Virus genome (UHGV): UHGV-0299153
Strand: one strand, 5' to 3'
Origin: a virus
Length of the DNA stretch: 64,000 nucleotides
This document shows positions 1 to 8,749 of this stretch, piece by piece. The notes under the pieces were generated by a model. That model made no database searches. It had not been told where the DNA came from and was given only the letters and a program-made list of their open reading frames with translations. Numbering within the stretch: position 1 is the first letter of the stretch; each line of letters begins with the position of its first letter. The position numbers and the translations under genes are program-made.

Positions 1-72
1 ACAATAGGTTTTCTGCAGCTATCGAGATCCAGCTTGACAGGTTGGACGGTAAAGTACTGAAAACTTACTAAG

Positions 73-117
73 TTTATTTTTAGATGGCCTTGACTTCAGG
101 GCCATCAATAAAGTAAA
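73..117 (+). promoter_or_regulatory. Repeated 45-bp element, copy 1: palindrome GATGGCC-N10-GGCCATC with embedded TTGACT, then ATCAATAAAGTAAA
   Basis: Near-identical copy at 3821-3865 (1 mismatch); degenerate copy at 421-450; each lies 30-45 bp upstream of a start codon. Confidence 0.5.
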
Positions 118-160
118 CTTTATACTGTTAACACTGAACTAATTCAGAGGAGTTAAAACC

Positions 161-406
161 ATGGCAGCACTAATCACCAAATATTATGCCCCTACCAACA
201 CCAAAAGCGCCCGTATCATGGTAAAAGGCTTCGGACGTAAAAAGGTTTACACCTGGGATTATGCCTTAGACACGGAAGACAACTACACCAACGCGATGAC
301 CGATTTTATTAATGATCTGAACACGCGGATCTTGACAAATTATAAAATTACCGATATTGCCTATATAGGGGAAGGCGGGATCTGTTTTGTCGGTATCGTC
401 AAATAA
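161..406 (+). CDS. hypothetical early protein (81 aa)
   Basis: ORF track; GAGGAG SD 8 nt upstream of ATG; preceded by repeated promoter element. Confidence 0.55.
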   Translation: MAALITKYYAPTNTKSARIMVKGFGRKKVYTWDYALDTEDNYTNAMTDFINDLNTRILTNYKITDIAYIGEGGICFVGIVK

Positions 407-481
407 GCTGTTTTTTCGGTGGTCCTGGTAGCAGGGCCATCTATAAAGATAGTTTATCAACACAATGAAAGGAGAAAGTAC

Positions 482-835
482 ATGATCAGCGGGGCAAGTT
501 TTATTATTGGCGCTATTGCTACGGCTTTAATTGTAAACAAGATCCAATCTAAAAACGAAAAAGAGAGCAACGCGCTCACAGAATACCCATTTTGGGTATT
601 CAACGACAATGAAGACTACATTATCAAGTACAAGAATGAGAAGGGCGACCAGGTAACACCGCGACCGATCCCAGCTTACAAGATGCAAGAAACACTATAC
701 CGCCTAAAGGCTGGAGGCGCAAAAATCGTAGACTTTTGGGGATATGATTGCAAGGATCAGGAGGTTATAAAGCGCCGTATCCGGGCTATTCAGGCCAATA
801 TTGAAGTTAGCAAGGGGGGAATATATGAAGATTAA
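482..835 (+). CDS. hypothetical membrane protein (117 aa, N-terminal TM helix)
   Basis: Internal ATG of ORF 419-835 preceded by AAAGGAGAAAG SD; hydrophobic ISGASFIIGAIATALIV. Confidence 0.5.
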   Translation: MISGASFIIGAIATALIVNKIQSKNEKESNALTEYPFWVFNDNEDYIIKYKNEKGDQVTPRPIPAYKMQETLYRLKAGGAKIVDFWGYDCKDQEVIKRRIRAIQANIEVSKGGIYED

Positions 836-1022
836 TTTTGAGAAGATTGTAAAGCGATCTCATGATTCCAAAGAGCTGCCGGAACGACGCCAGCGTAACA
901 ATAAACTGAATAAGCCGAAAAGATTTGGGAAGATCTGGCGAAATCACTATGATCGCAAATTACCCAGCCTGCTTTTGGAACGTGAACGACAAGCGGAACG
1001 ATACCGCCACAAAGACAAATAG
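825..1022 (+). CDS. hypothetical basic protein (65 aa)
   Basis: Internal ATG of ORF 801-1022 with GGGGGGA SD; overlaps upstream gene end; followed by terminator. Confidence 0.45.
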   Translation: MKINFEKIVKRSHDSKELPERRQRNNKLNKPKRFGKIWRNHYDRKLPSLLLERERQAERYRHKDK

Positions 1023-1030
1023 CAACCAAC

Positions 1031-1057
1031 GCCCCGCCATTGTGCGGGGTTTTTTAT
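1031..1057 (+). terminator. Rho-independent terminator
   Basis: CCCCGC/GCGGGG 6-bp stem, 6-nt loop, followed by TTTTTT. Confidence 0.6.
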
Positions 1058-1204
1058 TTCTATCCTACGAATAGCGCCCCTGGTTGGCCCCACAAACGCC
1101 ACAAAAGCCCCTACCTATGCAATCCCCTTTATTAACCTGAAAACATCACCCAGGGCCGTTTTATGGTGTTAAAAAATATCATTGACAGTGATTTTATTTA
1201 AAGC

Positions 1205-1233
1205 TTGACACCTTGGAATAGTCCGGATATACT
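1205..1233 (+). promoter_or_regulatory. sigma70-like promoter
   Basis: TTGACA-17 bp-TATACT, 35 bp upstream of ORF 1269. Confidence 0.45.
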
Positions 1234-1268
1234 AACCACATCAAAGCAAGAAGGAAGGAGTAAACGCC

Positions 1269-1529
1269 ATGCGTAAATTGAAAAATTTTGATAAGGTAGA
1301 TGTAGTACTGAATAATTTTTACTACTGCAATAATAAAGCCGTTTGGTGGCGTGATAGTTCCACCGATAAAGTTAAGGCGCGCTTTCTCCAGGGGCACTGG
1401 CAAGGCCGTCCAGTGATTAAAATCATGGGGCAATTGGTAGCGTTTAAAAATTGCCGCTGTGTTGATGACGTTGAAGAGATTTTAAGCATTTTGCGCCACA
1501 ATAATTTAAAAAATAGTGTTGACAAGTAA
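1269..1529 (+). CDS. hypothetical protein (86 aa)
   Basis: ORF track; GGAAGGAG SD upstream. Confidence 0.5.
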   Translation: MRKLKNFDKVDVVLNNFYYCNNKAVWWRDSSTDKVKARFLQGHWQGRPVIKIMGQLVAFKNCRCVDDVEEILSILRHNNLKNSVDK

Positions 1530-1546
1530 ATCTCGATAAGTATACT
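1519..1546 (+). promoter_or_regulatory. sigma70-like promoter
   Basis: TTGACA-16 bp-TATACT, followed by hairpin GGCGGGA-AAAC-TTCCCGCC and SD AGGAGAA before ATG 1604. Confidence 0.5.
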
Positions 1547-1603
1547 TAAACACACAGGCGGGAAAACTTCCCGCCACTAACAAAGAAAATAGGAGAAAAT
1601 ATC

Positions 1604-2227
1604 ATGACCACCGTTAACATTACCACAGGTTACAATTTATCTTTCGACGTGCTGACCGATGAACAAAAAGAAAAAGCTATTGAAATGGTCCGCGAAAGAG
1701 AAGAACACAGCGGGGATAACTTTTTTGCAGAAAGTGTAATTGAAGACTATAAAGAACATATCTTTCCAGAGTATGGCCTTGAAGATACCAAGGTACATTG
1801 GTCCGGCTTTTGGTGCCAGGGCGACGGCGCGTCAATCAGTGCGGAAAACGTGGATTTAGAAAAATTCTTGCGTAAAGTCAAGTCTCTGACTAAATTCCGC
1901 TCAATTCGTCACTTGTTCGGCACAATGCACGATGGCGAGCTATCCGCAAGTGTTGAGCGTGATCCATATAGCCGCTATAGTCACGAAAACACTGTAAGCG
2001 GGTACATCGATACTACATGGCTAGACCTGACCGCCAAACAAGAAAATAAAGTGGAAGATCTGGAAGAGCTGATCACCGAGACGGTACGGGAGCTATCCCG
2101 CAAGGTTTACGTAGACCTGGAGGAGGCCTATCTAGAACAGTTCACTACCGAAAACCTGATCGGCCTTATTGAGGCCAATGATTGGCGGTTTGATGTGGAT
2201 GAATATGGAGAGATGAGTTTTTCATAA
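1604..2227 (+). CDS. hypothetical protein (207 aa)
   Basis: ORF track; SD AGGAGAA; no domain recognised. Confidence 0.6.
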   Translation: MTTVNITTGYNLSFDVLTDEQKEKAIEMVREREEHSGDNFFAESVIEDYKEHIFPEYGLEDTKVHWSGFWCQGDGASISAENVDLEKFLRKVKSLTKFRSIRHLFGTMHDGELSASVERDPYSRYSHENTVSGYIDTTWLDLTAKQENKVEDLEELITETVRELSRKVYVDLEEAYLEQFTTENLIGLIEANDWRFDVDEYGEMSFS

Positions 2228-2316
2228 ATAAGTGTTGCAATAATCTAAAAACCTGCTATATTAAAACTCAAGGGGCAAGACGTTTGCCCCCCACACAAAA
2301 CAAAGAGGAAAACATC

Positions 2317-2697
2317 ATGAAAAACACTACTAAAGCTATTGACACCGTCATGTTTAACCTGGTTACCTTTCGCGAGGATATGAAAGATCTTCCACGTGAA
2401 ACAGTGTGCGATCACATTGAAAACTATCGCAAACTAATCAAAGAGTTGCCTTTAAAACGTGATCAGTATGCGGCTAACGCCATGCTTAATGCCATGATCA
2501 AAAAGATGATCCAGTGTGATTTAACTCTGGCCTATGACTATGCGGGTGGTCGTTTTGCAGTATACAATCAGCCCGTGCCCGGTATGGGCACCACCGAAGA
2601 ATTGCACGCGTTAAATCTGAAGCAAGATGTATGGGATAACATGCCCCGCGTGGTGGTGTGGGCAGAAAGCGGAAAGATTTACGGCGATAATTTTTAA
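2317..2697 (+). CDS. hypothetical protein (126 aa)
   Basis: Internal ATG of ORF 2284-2697 preceded by hairpin plus CACACAAAACAAAGAGGAAAACATC leader. Confidence 0.55.
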   Translation: MKNTTKAIDTVMFNLVTFREDMKDLPRETVCDHIENYRKLIKELPLKRDQYAANAMLNAMIKKMIQCDLTLAYDYAGGRFAVYNQPVPGMGTTEELHALNLKQDVWDNMPRVVVWAESGKIYGDNF

Positions 2698-2761
2698 TCA
2701 GGTAACAGGCGGCAAATATGCCGCCTTATTGTTAAACAGAGCTGCAAAAGAGGTACATAGA

Positions 2762-3133
2762 ATGGAATTTATTATTTTGGCTGTAGTAGTTGCCTTGTTC
2801 AACGCCTGGATAGCTGGCAAAATAGGTAGATCCGCTTTTCTATGGTTTGTTATATCTATTTTCCTGGGAGTGGTTGCAACCATTGTACTAGTTATCCTTG
2901 CAATTGTTGACAAGGATAATAATAAGAAGGGTAAAGTATTTTCCGACCTGTATGACGCCCAAACTTTTGTTAACGCCTATTATAGTGATCTTCCGGTCTC
3001 CTTGCGCTGCAGCCTGGCGCAACAAGTTTTTGATGAGGCTAAAACCAGAGATCAAGCCCATGAGATATGTTTAACTGAGGCGGATCGCCTATTTGAGAGG
3101 AATAGAAAATATGTGGGCCAGCCGTTTAAATAA
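2762..3133 (+). CDS. hypothetical membrane protein (two predicted TM helices)
   Basis: Internal ATG of ORF 2627-3133 with AAAGAGG SD; hydrophobic N-terminal half. Confidence 0.5.
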   Translation: MEFIILAVVVALFNAWIAGKIGRSAFLWFVISIFLGVVATIVLVILAIVDKDNNKKGKVFSDLYDAQTFVNAYYSDLPVSLRCSLAQQVFDEAKTRDQAHEICLTEADRLFERNRKYVGQPFK

Positions 3134-3243
3134 TACCACGTTAATTAATCCCTTTAATGAAGATTTGAAGCCAGCCGCCTGGCGTGATGGATTCAATAAC
3201 GAACGCTTTATTTTCAGGCCTGATCTTGAGGAATTTTATAACA

Positions 3244-3369
3244 ATGGATCGAACAACAGCGGAGATAATTTTTCTTGTGGTGTGCGTGGTGATAGGACTC
3301 CTGGGGGCCATTGTAAACCACGTCACTACTAACAGGAGGGAAGGGGGAGACGATGACAACCAAGGATAA
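3244..3369 (+). CDS. possible small membrane peptide (41 aa)
   Basis: Internal ATG of ORF 3184-3369 with GAGG SD; hydrophobic core; competes with overlapping ORF 3093-3332. Confidence 0.3.
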   Translation: MDRTTAEIIFLVVCVVIGLLGAIVNHVTTNRREGGDDDNQG

Positions 3370-3476
3370 GCCATGCGCTGATAAGGTGCGCCGTGTTATG
3401 GTATGGCTTGAGATCATCGCCCTTGAAATATTGTTAGGCGTAGGGATGTATTTTATCTCTGTAAGTAACTGATAAC

Positions 3477-3508
3477 GGCCCCCGATCCCTGGGGGCCTAA
3501 CTTTTTTC
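3477..3508 (+). terminator. Rho-independent terminator
   Basis: GGCCCCC/GGGGGCC 7-bp stem, 7-nt loop, followed by TTTTTT. Confidence 0.6.
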
Positions 3509-3617
3509 AAAAAATTTTTCTTCCGGGGTGTTGCAATCCGGTCCTGAATATGGATAATAACAATCAACGGGGAGACACTCCCCACCACACAGACAAAGTT
3601 CCAGAAGGGGAAACAAA

Positions 3618-3818
3618 ATGAGCAACAATATCCGCGTTATTAACTTCAAAAAAGAAGAAAAAATTGCTGTGCTGGTTGATGGTCAAGAAATATTCAAGGG
3701 GTATTATGAAGATCATCAAACGGCGATTAGTATCACTCGCGTGATTGGTTACCATAATTTTTACCCTCAAGGCGCTGAGGCAGCAGTAAAACGAATTAAA
3801 GAGATTGTAGGCCTGTAA
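3618..3818 (+). CDS. hypothetical protein (66 aa)
   Basis: ORF track; preceded by TTGCAA promoter-like box, hairpin GGGGAG-ACA-CTCCCC and CA-rich leader. Confidence 0.55.
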   Translation: MSNNIRVINFKKEEKIAVLVDGQEIFKGYYEDHQTAISITRVIGYHNFYPQGAEAAVKRIKEIVGL

Positions 3819-3820
3819 AA

Positions 3821-3865
3821 TTTATTTTTAGATGGCCTTGACTCCAGGGCCATCAATAAAGTAAA
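3821..3865 (+). promoter_or_regulatory. Repeated 45-bp element, copy 2
   Basis: Same sequence as 73-117 with one mismatch; upstream of ORF 3910. Confidence 0.5.
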
Positions 3866-3909
3866 TTTAAACCCTGTTAAAATAATCAGTGCAAAAAGGA
3901 GGAATGATC

Positions 3910-4209
3910 ATGTTTATCCAGGCTAATAATCTTTATTTCTTTGATGGTCAGATCGTAGACGGCGTGGAGGTGGAAATCACCGGGTGCCCTGGCGGTCAGG
4001 TTATGACTTTTCGGAATAATGCCTTTGATGATTCTCATATCGTTATGAGAATGGAAGTTAGTAAGCTGGATGACAAGAAAACACTTATCGACTATTCCGT
4101 CAAAGATCATCCAGACTACCACATGATCTATGGTGATTTGTGCATTGTTGACCGTGACAAGGTGAACGGCATTGTTATAGCCATTGTGAACGATGTTTTC
4201 TCTGAATAA
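3910..4209 (+). CDS. hypothetical protein (99 aa)
   Basis: Internal ATG of ORF 3889-4209, 7 nt after GGAGG. Confidence 0.55.
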   Translation: MFIQANNLYFFDGQIVDGVEVEITGCPGGQVMTFRNNAFDDSHIVMRMEVSKLDDKKTLIDYSVKDHPDYHMIYGDLCIVDRDKVNGIVIAIVNDVFSE

Positions 4210-4432
4210 TTCCGGCAAATGATGCAAAATAAGGCCCCTAGCAGGGCCTGCAGCGATATAATCACATAAAGGCTATGCGGTTGCATGGCCTTTATTATTT
4301 TAGCGTTACAGCGGCCCCAAGGCGCTTAAAAATTTTTTAAAGAAGTACTTGCATCAAGCCCTACAATATGGATAATAGGACGTGTCAGGGGGGAGGCCCC
4401 AATCATTAACCGGATAGATAGGAGTTAAAACC

Positions 4433-4717
4433 ATGGCTATTGTTACCGCTGGCGATGTAGTAGAAATGGAAGCAAAATACTTAAAAGCGGGTATGCATAT
4501 CCTACGCAACGATCTTGAACTGGTCCTGACAATGGTTGACTATAACCCAGGGCAAGATTATCCAAGTGTTGACTACTTTTTTGAGTATGTTGATGAAGAG
4601 TTGAAAGAGGATGAGGCCTATTGCGGTGAGTTCTGCAACTTCTTTTGTCCTGATGAGGTTGTAAAGGTTATCTATCAACCTGGCGTAGCTTTCCCGCTGC
4701 ACGCTATCAATAAATAA
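4433..4717 (+). CDS. hypothetical acidic protein (94 aa)
   Basis: ORF track; SD AGGAG upstream. Confidence 0.55.
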   Translation: MAIVTAGDVVEMEAKYLKAGMHILRNDLELVLTMVDYNPGQDYPSVDYFFEYVDEELKEDEAYCGEFCNFFCPDEVVKVIYQPGVAFPLHAINK

Positions 4718-4779
4718 ACCTGGCGGGGCCGAAAAGGCCTCCGCCTGAAATTATGAAAAATAAAAAGAGGCAAACTATC

Positions 4780-5010
4780 ATGATGGAACAAATTAAACGC
4801 GCTGAGGCTATTAATGGCAATGTGATCTATTTTGTCAGCAATAACGAAAAAGGCGTACCATATGCGGCGGTAATAGTACAGCCTGACGGCGATTATTGGT
4901 TTACTGTGTACGGCGCTTACTCTTTTGGGCGTCCAGTGCATGATAAAATTTTGAAAGTAGCGAACCCTACCGGGAAGAATATCACAGCAGAAAAATTTTT
5001 TGAAAAATAG
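4780..5010 (+). CDS. hypothetical protein (76 aa)
   Basis: Internal ATG of ORF 4753-5010, 9 nt after AAAGAGG. Confidence 0.5.
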   Translation: MMEQIKRAEAINGNVIYFVSNNEKGVPYAAVIVQPDGDYWFTVYGAYSFGRPVHDKILKVANPTGKNITAEKFFEK

Positions 5011-5038
5011 TTGACATGGCCTTATAAGACTGTAGAAT
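5011..5038 (+). promoter_or_regulatory. sigma70-like promoter
   Basis: TTGACA-16 bp-TAGAAT, followed by hairpin GGGGGC-AACA-AGCCCC and leader CACAAAGAGG. Confidence 0.5.
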
Positions 5039-5090
5039 ATAAATCAAAGGGGGCAACAAGCCCCACCAACCACAAAGAGGATAAAAAATC

Positions 5091-5270
5091 ATGGCTATTA
5101 TTGCAAAGACTGAGATCGTAGGCTTAGATTCTATTCTCCTCGCATATGAGGAAGCTATAGAAATGTATGTGGTTTCCTATGGTGAATATATCCGTGAATA
5201 TAAATCTATTGATCTGGCTTTTGAATGTTATATTCGCCAGGTTAATAAAGCGTACGATGATTATCGTTAA
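5091..5270 (+). CDS. hypothetical protein (59 aa; below the ORF-track cut-off)
   Basis: Translated by hand: ATG 5091 to TAA 5268-5270, 60 codons; canonical promoter/hairpin/SD module upstream. Confidence 0.45.
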   Translation: MAIIAKTEIVGLDSILLAYEEAIEMYVVSYGEYIREYKSIDLAFECYIRQVNKAYDDYR

Positions 5271-5360
5271 AATAGTTTGACAACAAACAACCATCTAACA
5301 AAGCATAATACATAAGGCGGTGGAATGGTCCGCCACCTGGAACAAGAAGAGGAAAACAAG

Positions 5361-5465
5361 ATGAAACAGAAATTAATTGATGCGGTGATCCTGGTTATTG
5401 CCCTGGGTATTGGCCTGATTGCAACCATGGCTAATATGATCTTGTCTTCCAACGGTATCGGGTGA
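5361..5465 (+). CDS. hydrophobic micro-protein (34 aa, MKQKLIDAVILVIALGIGLIATMANMILSSNGIG)
   Basis: Translated by hand; SD AGAGGAAAA upstream; preceded by hairpin GGCGGTGG-AATG-GTCCGCCACC. Confidence 0.4.
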   Translation: MKQKLIDAVILVIALGIGLIATMANMILSSNGIG

Positions 5466-5474
5466 GGTTGGCAA

Positions 5475-5690
5475 ATGATCACTAACAAAACAGGCAAAAC
5501 AGAATTTTTACGCAACTTACAGATCGGCAAGCCTGAGATCTGGCATTGCACTAAAGCACCACGTGACGAAATGAAAGACTTCACCGCCACGCTGCAACGG
5601 GTAAAGATATCCATCACGCAGAAAAAGGCCTTGATAGTGGTGGAAGGTGAGATCCCTCAAACCGTTGTTATAGTTGAACGTACAGCATAG
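5475..5690 (+). CDS. hypothetical protein (71 aa)
   Basis: ORF track; GTGAGG SD-like upstream. Confidence 0.5.
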   Translation: MITNKTGKTEFLRNLQIGKPEIWHCTKAPRDEMKDFTATLQRVKISITQKKALIVVEGEIPQTVVIVERTA

Positions 5691-5781
5691 TTTAATTTAT
5701 ACCGATACCCGAAAATTAACCAACAAAGCATAAACAGGCGGTTACCGCCGCCTTAAACGTAGCAGAAAGAGGATAGACACA

Positions 5782-6066
5782 ATGAAAAAGATGATCGCAG
5801 TGGTTGCCCTGGTTGTTGGACTTAATGCGCCTGTAATGGCTAAAGAGCTGGCAAAAGAGGTTAATCTAACGGATATTCATGCCGTCAATCAAATCGGGGT
5901 TACTTATCGCTTATGCCTTGCCGCTAAAACTTTCCAGGACGGCACGACAGAGTGCTACGGATTCGAGGGTATCCGGTGCGGTGAGCTTGCTCGCGACCTT
6001 AAGGAAGATCCAGACCTGGAAGATCTGCCCATCACCGTAAACGGTAAAGCTTACGTAAACCGTTAA
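5782..6066 (+). CDS. hypothetical secreted protein (signal peptide)
   Basis: N-terminus MKKMIAVVALVVGLNAPVMA resembles a Sec signal peptide; AAAGAGGA SD; hairpin in leader. Confidence 0.55.
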   Translation: MKKMIAVVALVVGLNAPVMAKELAKEVNLTDIHAVNQIGVTYRLCLAAKTFQDGTTECYGFEGIRCGELARDLKEDPDLEDLPITVNGKAYVNR

Positions 6067-6068
6067 CC

Positions 6069-6203
6069 ATGAGAAAGATAATCATCACCTTGGGGATTGT
6101 GGCGGGATCGCTGGCGCTCTTTCCCCTTATGGTTAGATATGTGCTGATTAATGTTGTCCTGGTAGTCAGCGATCTGGTGTTATATATTAACTCATTGTTT
6201 TAG
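6069..6203 (+). CDS. possible hydrophobic micro-protein (44 aa)
   Basis: Translated by hand; start overlaps upstream stop; weak SD. Confidence 0.3.
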   Translation: MRKIIITLGIVAGSLALFPLMVRYVLINVVLVVSDLVLYINSLF

Positions 6204-6211
6204 GCGCGATA

Positions 6212-6403
6212 ATGACAGCGGAAGAAGTTAAAAAAGTACTGGCGGTACTGCGTTATCATAATCATTGCAAGGTGAAGAATGATCCTGATTATCTTGATTC
6301 ATCCCTTGAAGAGGATACACTACAAGCCATAAGCAACATGCAAGAATTGCTTAAGCGTATGACAGAGAAAAACCGACCGGACTACATAGGGGGTAAAATA
6401 TGA
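6212..6403 (+). CDS. hypothetical protein (63 aa)
   Basis: ORF track; stop overlaps next start (ATGA). Confidence 0.45.
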   Translation: MTAEEVKKVLAVLRYHNHCKVKNDPDYLDSSLEEDTLQAISNMQELLKRMTEKNRPDYIGGKI

Positions 6404-6711
6404 TCGCTATTACGCCAACCGTTTTAGATTGGTATCGGCAACGCATAGCGCCTCCGCTGGCTATCTTCAAAGATGCGGAAGCAAAACAACGCCGGATCTC
6501 AATACATGAGATCATCAACCTTAACGCTGGAGGCACACCATACCGCCCAGGACCTGGCCGTGAGATGGACAATACGTTAGCGATCCTGAAGATACGCCGT
6601 AAACGGTCCTCCCTTACTCTGGACTCATTACACACAATGCAGCCTCCGTTCCAGGTGACCGGGAAACGGATCGCCAGGTCCTGGACAAAGGCCAATGATC
6701 GGACCGTATAA
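6400..6711 (+). CDS. hypothetical protein (103 aa)
   Basis: ORF track; ATGA overlap with upstream gene suggests translational coupling. Confidence 0.5.
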   Translation: MIAITPTVLDWYRQRIAPPLAIFKDAEAKQRRISIHEIINLNAGGTPYRPGPGREMDNTLAILKIRRKRSSLTLDSLHTMQPPFQVTGKRIARSWTKANDRTV

Positions 6712-6845
6712 ATAAAAGTGTTTTGGTACTGATTTTGGGGTTGACTTGTTCGGCCCCTTTTGCTATTCTTATTAAACGGGCGGCACTTGGGAACAGGGGG
6801 AGACAATCACCGGGCCTGCCTGTCATATAAGAACTATAAAAACCG

Positions 6846-6874
6846 TTGACATCTGCCATGGGGTGAGGTAACAT
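6846..6874 (+). promoter_or_regulatory. sigma70-like promoter
   Basis: TTGACA-17 bp-TAACAT, followed by hairpin GGGCA-AAAG-TGCCC and leader CACACAACAACCAGGAGAGAGG. Confidence 0.45.
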
Positions 6875-6928
6875 TTATCTTGAAGGGGCAAAAGTGCCCA
6901 CACAACAACCAGGAGAGAGGAAAACACT

Positions 6929-7201
6929 ATGTCAAGCTGGATTAATCAAGAAGTCGAATCACGTTTTAATGCTATTTGGGATCTCATCGAAAAAGAGGAC
7001 GGAACATCAAGCCCCTACCTCAACAATTTGGAATTCCATTTTGTGGAAGCGATGAACGCAGAACATGATCACGAAGGTGGCGCGGATGAGTTCGCTAAAG
7101 GTTATGGCTTTAACAATGCCAACGAAATGATCGAGGCGGTCGTACTCCAAGCTGAGGAAGATTATCAATTAAAAACGCTTGAATTCTGCCGCCATAAGTA
7201 A
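6929..7201 (+). CDS. hypothetical acidic protein (90 aa)
   Basis: ORF track; strong leader module. Confidence 0.55.
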   Translation: MSSWINQEVESRFNAIWDLIEKEDGTSSPYLNNLEFHFVEAMNAEHDHEGGADEFAKGYGFNNANEMIEAVVLQAEEDYQLKTLEFCRHK

Positions 7202-7261
7202 TAAGATAATGACACGGGCCAAAAGGCCCACTAATCAGAACCGCACAAAGAGGTAAACATC

Positions 7262-7525
7262 ATGAAACGTCTTGATCAGCTCAAATTAGTTCAATATATG
7301 GCTTATCGTGTTCTTGAAGTCCAGAAAGGTAGCAAAAAAGAGGTTTGCGAGAAAGCTTATAAGATCTTCACTCGCAAAAAAGATGACTGGATGCTACGCC
7401 AGACTAAAAAGGCTGACATCTTGGGGTACCTGGAAGAAGAGATCCGCCTTGAAGAGCAAGAAGAGATCCGCCGTAGTGAGGCAGATTATCAGGCAGCTTG
7501 GGAAAACTGGATGAGCAACAAATAA
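7262..7525 (+). CDS. hypothetical protein (87 aa)
   Basis: ORF track; hairpin GGGCC-AAAA-GGCCC then CACAAAGAGG leader. Confidence 0.55.
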   Translation: MKRLDQLKLVQYMAYRVLEVQKGSKKEVCEKAYKIFTRKKDDWMLRQTKKADILGYLEEEIRLEEQEEIRRSEADYQAAWENWMSNK

Positions 7526-7591
7526 TACAACAAGTTACATGGTCAGGGGCAATAAAGCCCCTTGATCACATAAAAATTATGCTATCCCTGG

Positions 7592-7620
7592 TTGACAGGG
7601 ATCGGCAGTTTTGCTATATT
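7592..7620 (+). promoter_or_regulatory. sigma70-like promoter
   Basis: TTGACA-17 bp-TATATT upstream of ORF 7670. Confidence 0.5.
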
Positions 7621-7669
7621 CTTTTTTGAAGGGAAGTTGTAAGAAAATTAACTAAGAGGTAAAAACACC

Positions 7670-8089
7670 ATGAACATTAAATCTAATAATCCGGCATATA
7701 GCTTTGATAACGCTTTTTGTCACGGTCCGGCGGCGAAAGGATTCGAAATCGATGGTAAACTAATTATTGTCAATGTTGACGGGGAAGAGGTTGCAGTATA
7801 TCCGGTGGCAGACGTAAAAAGCCGTTTACAATGCCGCATGGATGTTACCGCCTATCAGCTTGATCCGGTCCGCATAGTTGCCCTGGTCCTGGAAGAAGAA
7901 ATTAAAGCCATGCACCATAGCAACAGATTTATTGGTGACGCGCAGGATAATATGAAAGTATGCCGCCATAAAGTTAATGAAGTGCTTAAAGAGTACGGCT
8001 ATAAAGATCTTATGATCAAACGTGAGGAAAAATTCCGCTACCGTAACGACCTGGCAAATCGGATTTTTGAAATATACGAATCATTATAA
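7670..8089 (+). CDS. hypothetical protein (139 aa)
   Basis: ORF track; SD AAGAGG; last gene of rightward block. Confidence 0.55.
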   Translation: MNIKSNNPAYSFDNAFCHGPAAKGFEIDGKLIIVNVDGEEVAVYPVADVKSRLQCRMDVTAYQLDPVRIVALVLEEEIKAMHHSNRFIGDAQDNMKVCRHKVNEVLKEYGYKDLMIKREEKFRYRNDLANRIFEIYESL

Positions 8090-8108
8090 TTTTTTAACTG
8101 AATTATCA

Positions 8109-8132
8109 AGGGGCTTAGGCCCCTTTCTTTTT
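8109..8132 (+). terminator. Rho-independent terminator ending the rightward early block
   Basis: AGGGGC/GCCCCT stem, TTAG loop, then TTCTTTTT. Confidence 0.6.
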
Positions 8133-8749
8133 GTCTGCTCTTCTCCTACCATAAACGGCCCTACCTGGCAAGTGGAATAATTGACTAGCCATCAATCCCG
8201 CATACTGTACAAATATACATGGAAAATAACTATTGCATAATTTTTCATTGTGTGGTAGCAAGTCCATTTTTACCCGTTTTCTCTCCCAAAAGTGCACGTA
8301 ATGCCGCTATTGCACAAATTTTAACCTGATGCACATCTCCAATATCTTGTCAACAACTAAAAATCTTTATAAGTCATACACTTACACAGCATCGAAAGCG
8401 TGTTCTACGCGAAAAATCGAGTATAACTATAGCCGCCAGATCTCAGAATTCACGTACGCACGCCATTCTATAGCCTGCAAAGTATTTATTCCAACCACAG
8501 AATAACGGAATAGTCAATACCTGCATAAAATAATTATTCGTGTAAACTGCATAACATAAATCAGCTCAGGTGTCAACATTTTTCGTAAACAGTCCGAAAT
8601 TATCACGATGAGTTATCATAAACAGAGAAATCTTTAGTCGTCTAATGTTTACTGTACATTACTATACTGACTGGAATCATTAGATGACTAAGAGAAAGAT
8701 AAGAAATAATTAATAATGTAATTATTTTACCTGTAACAATAAGGCAACT

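Noticed and set aside
6351-6806. 151-aa minus-strand ORF
   Set aside because: Antisense to two translationally coupled plus-strand genes and runs through a plus-strand promoter region.
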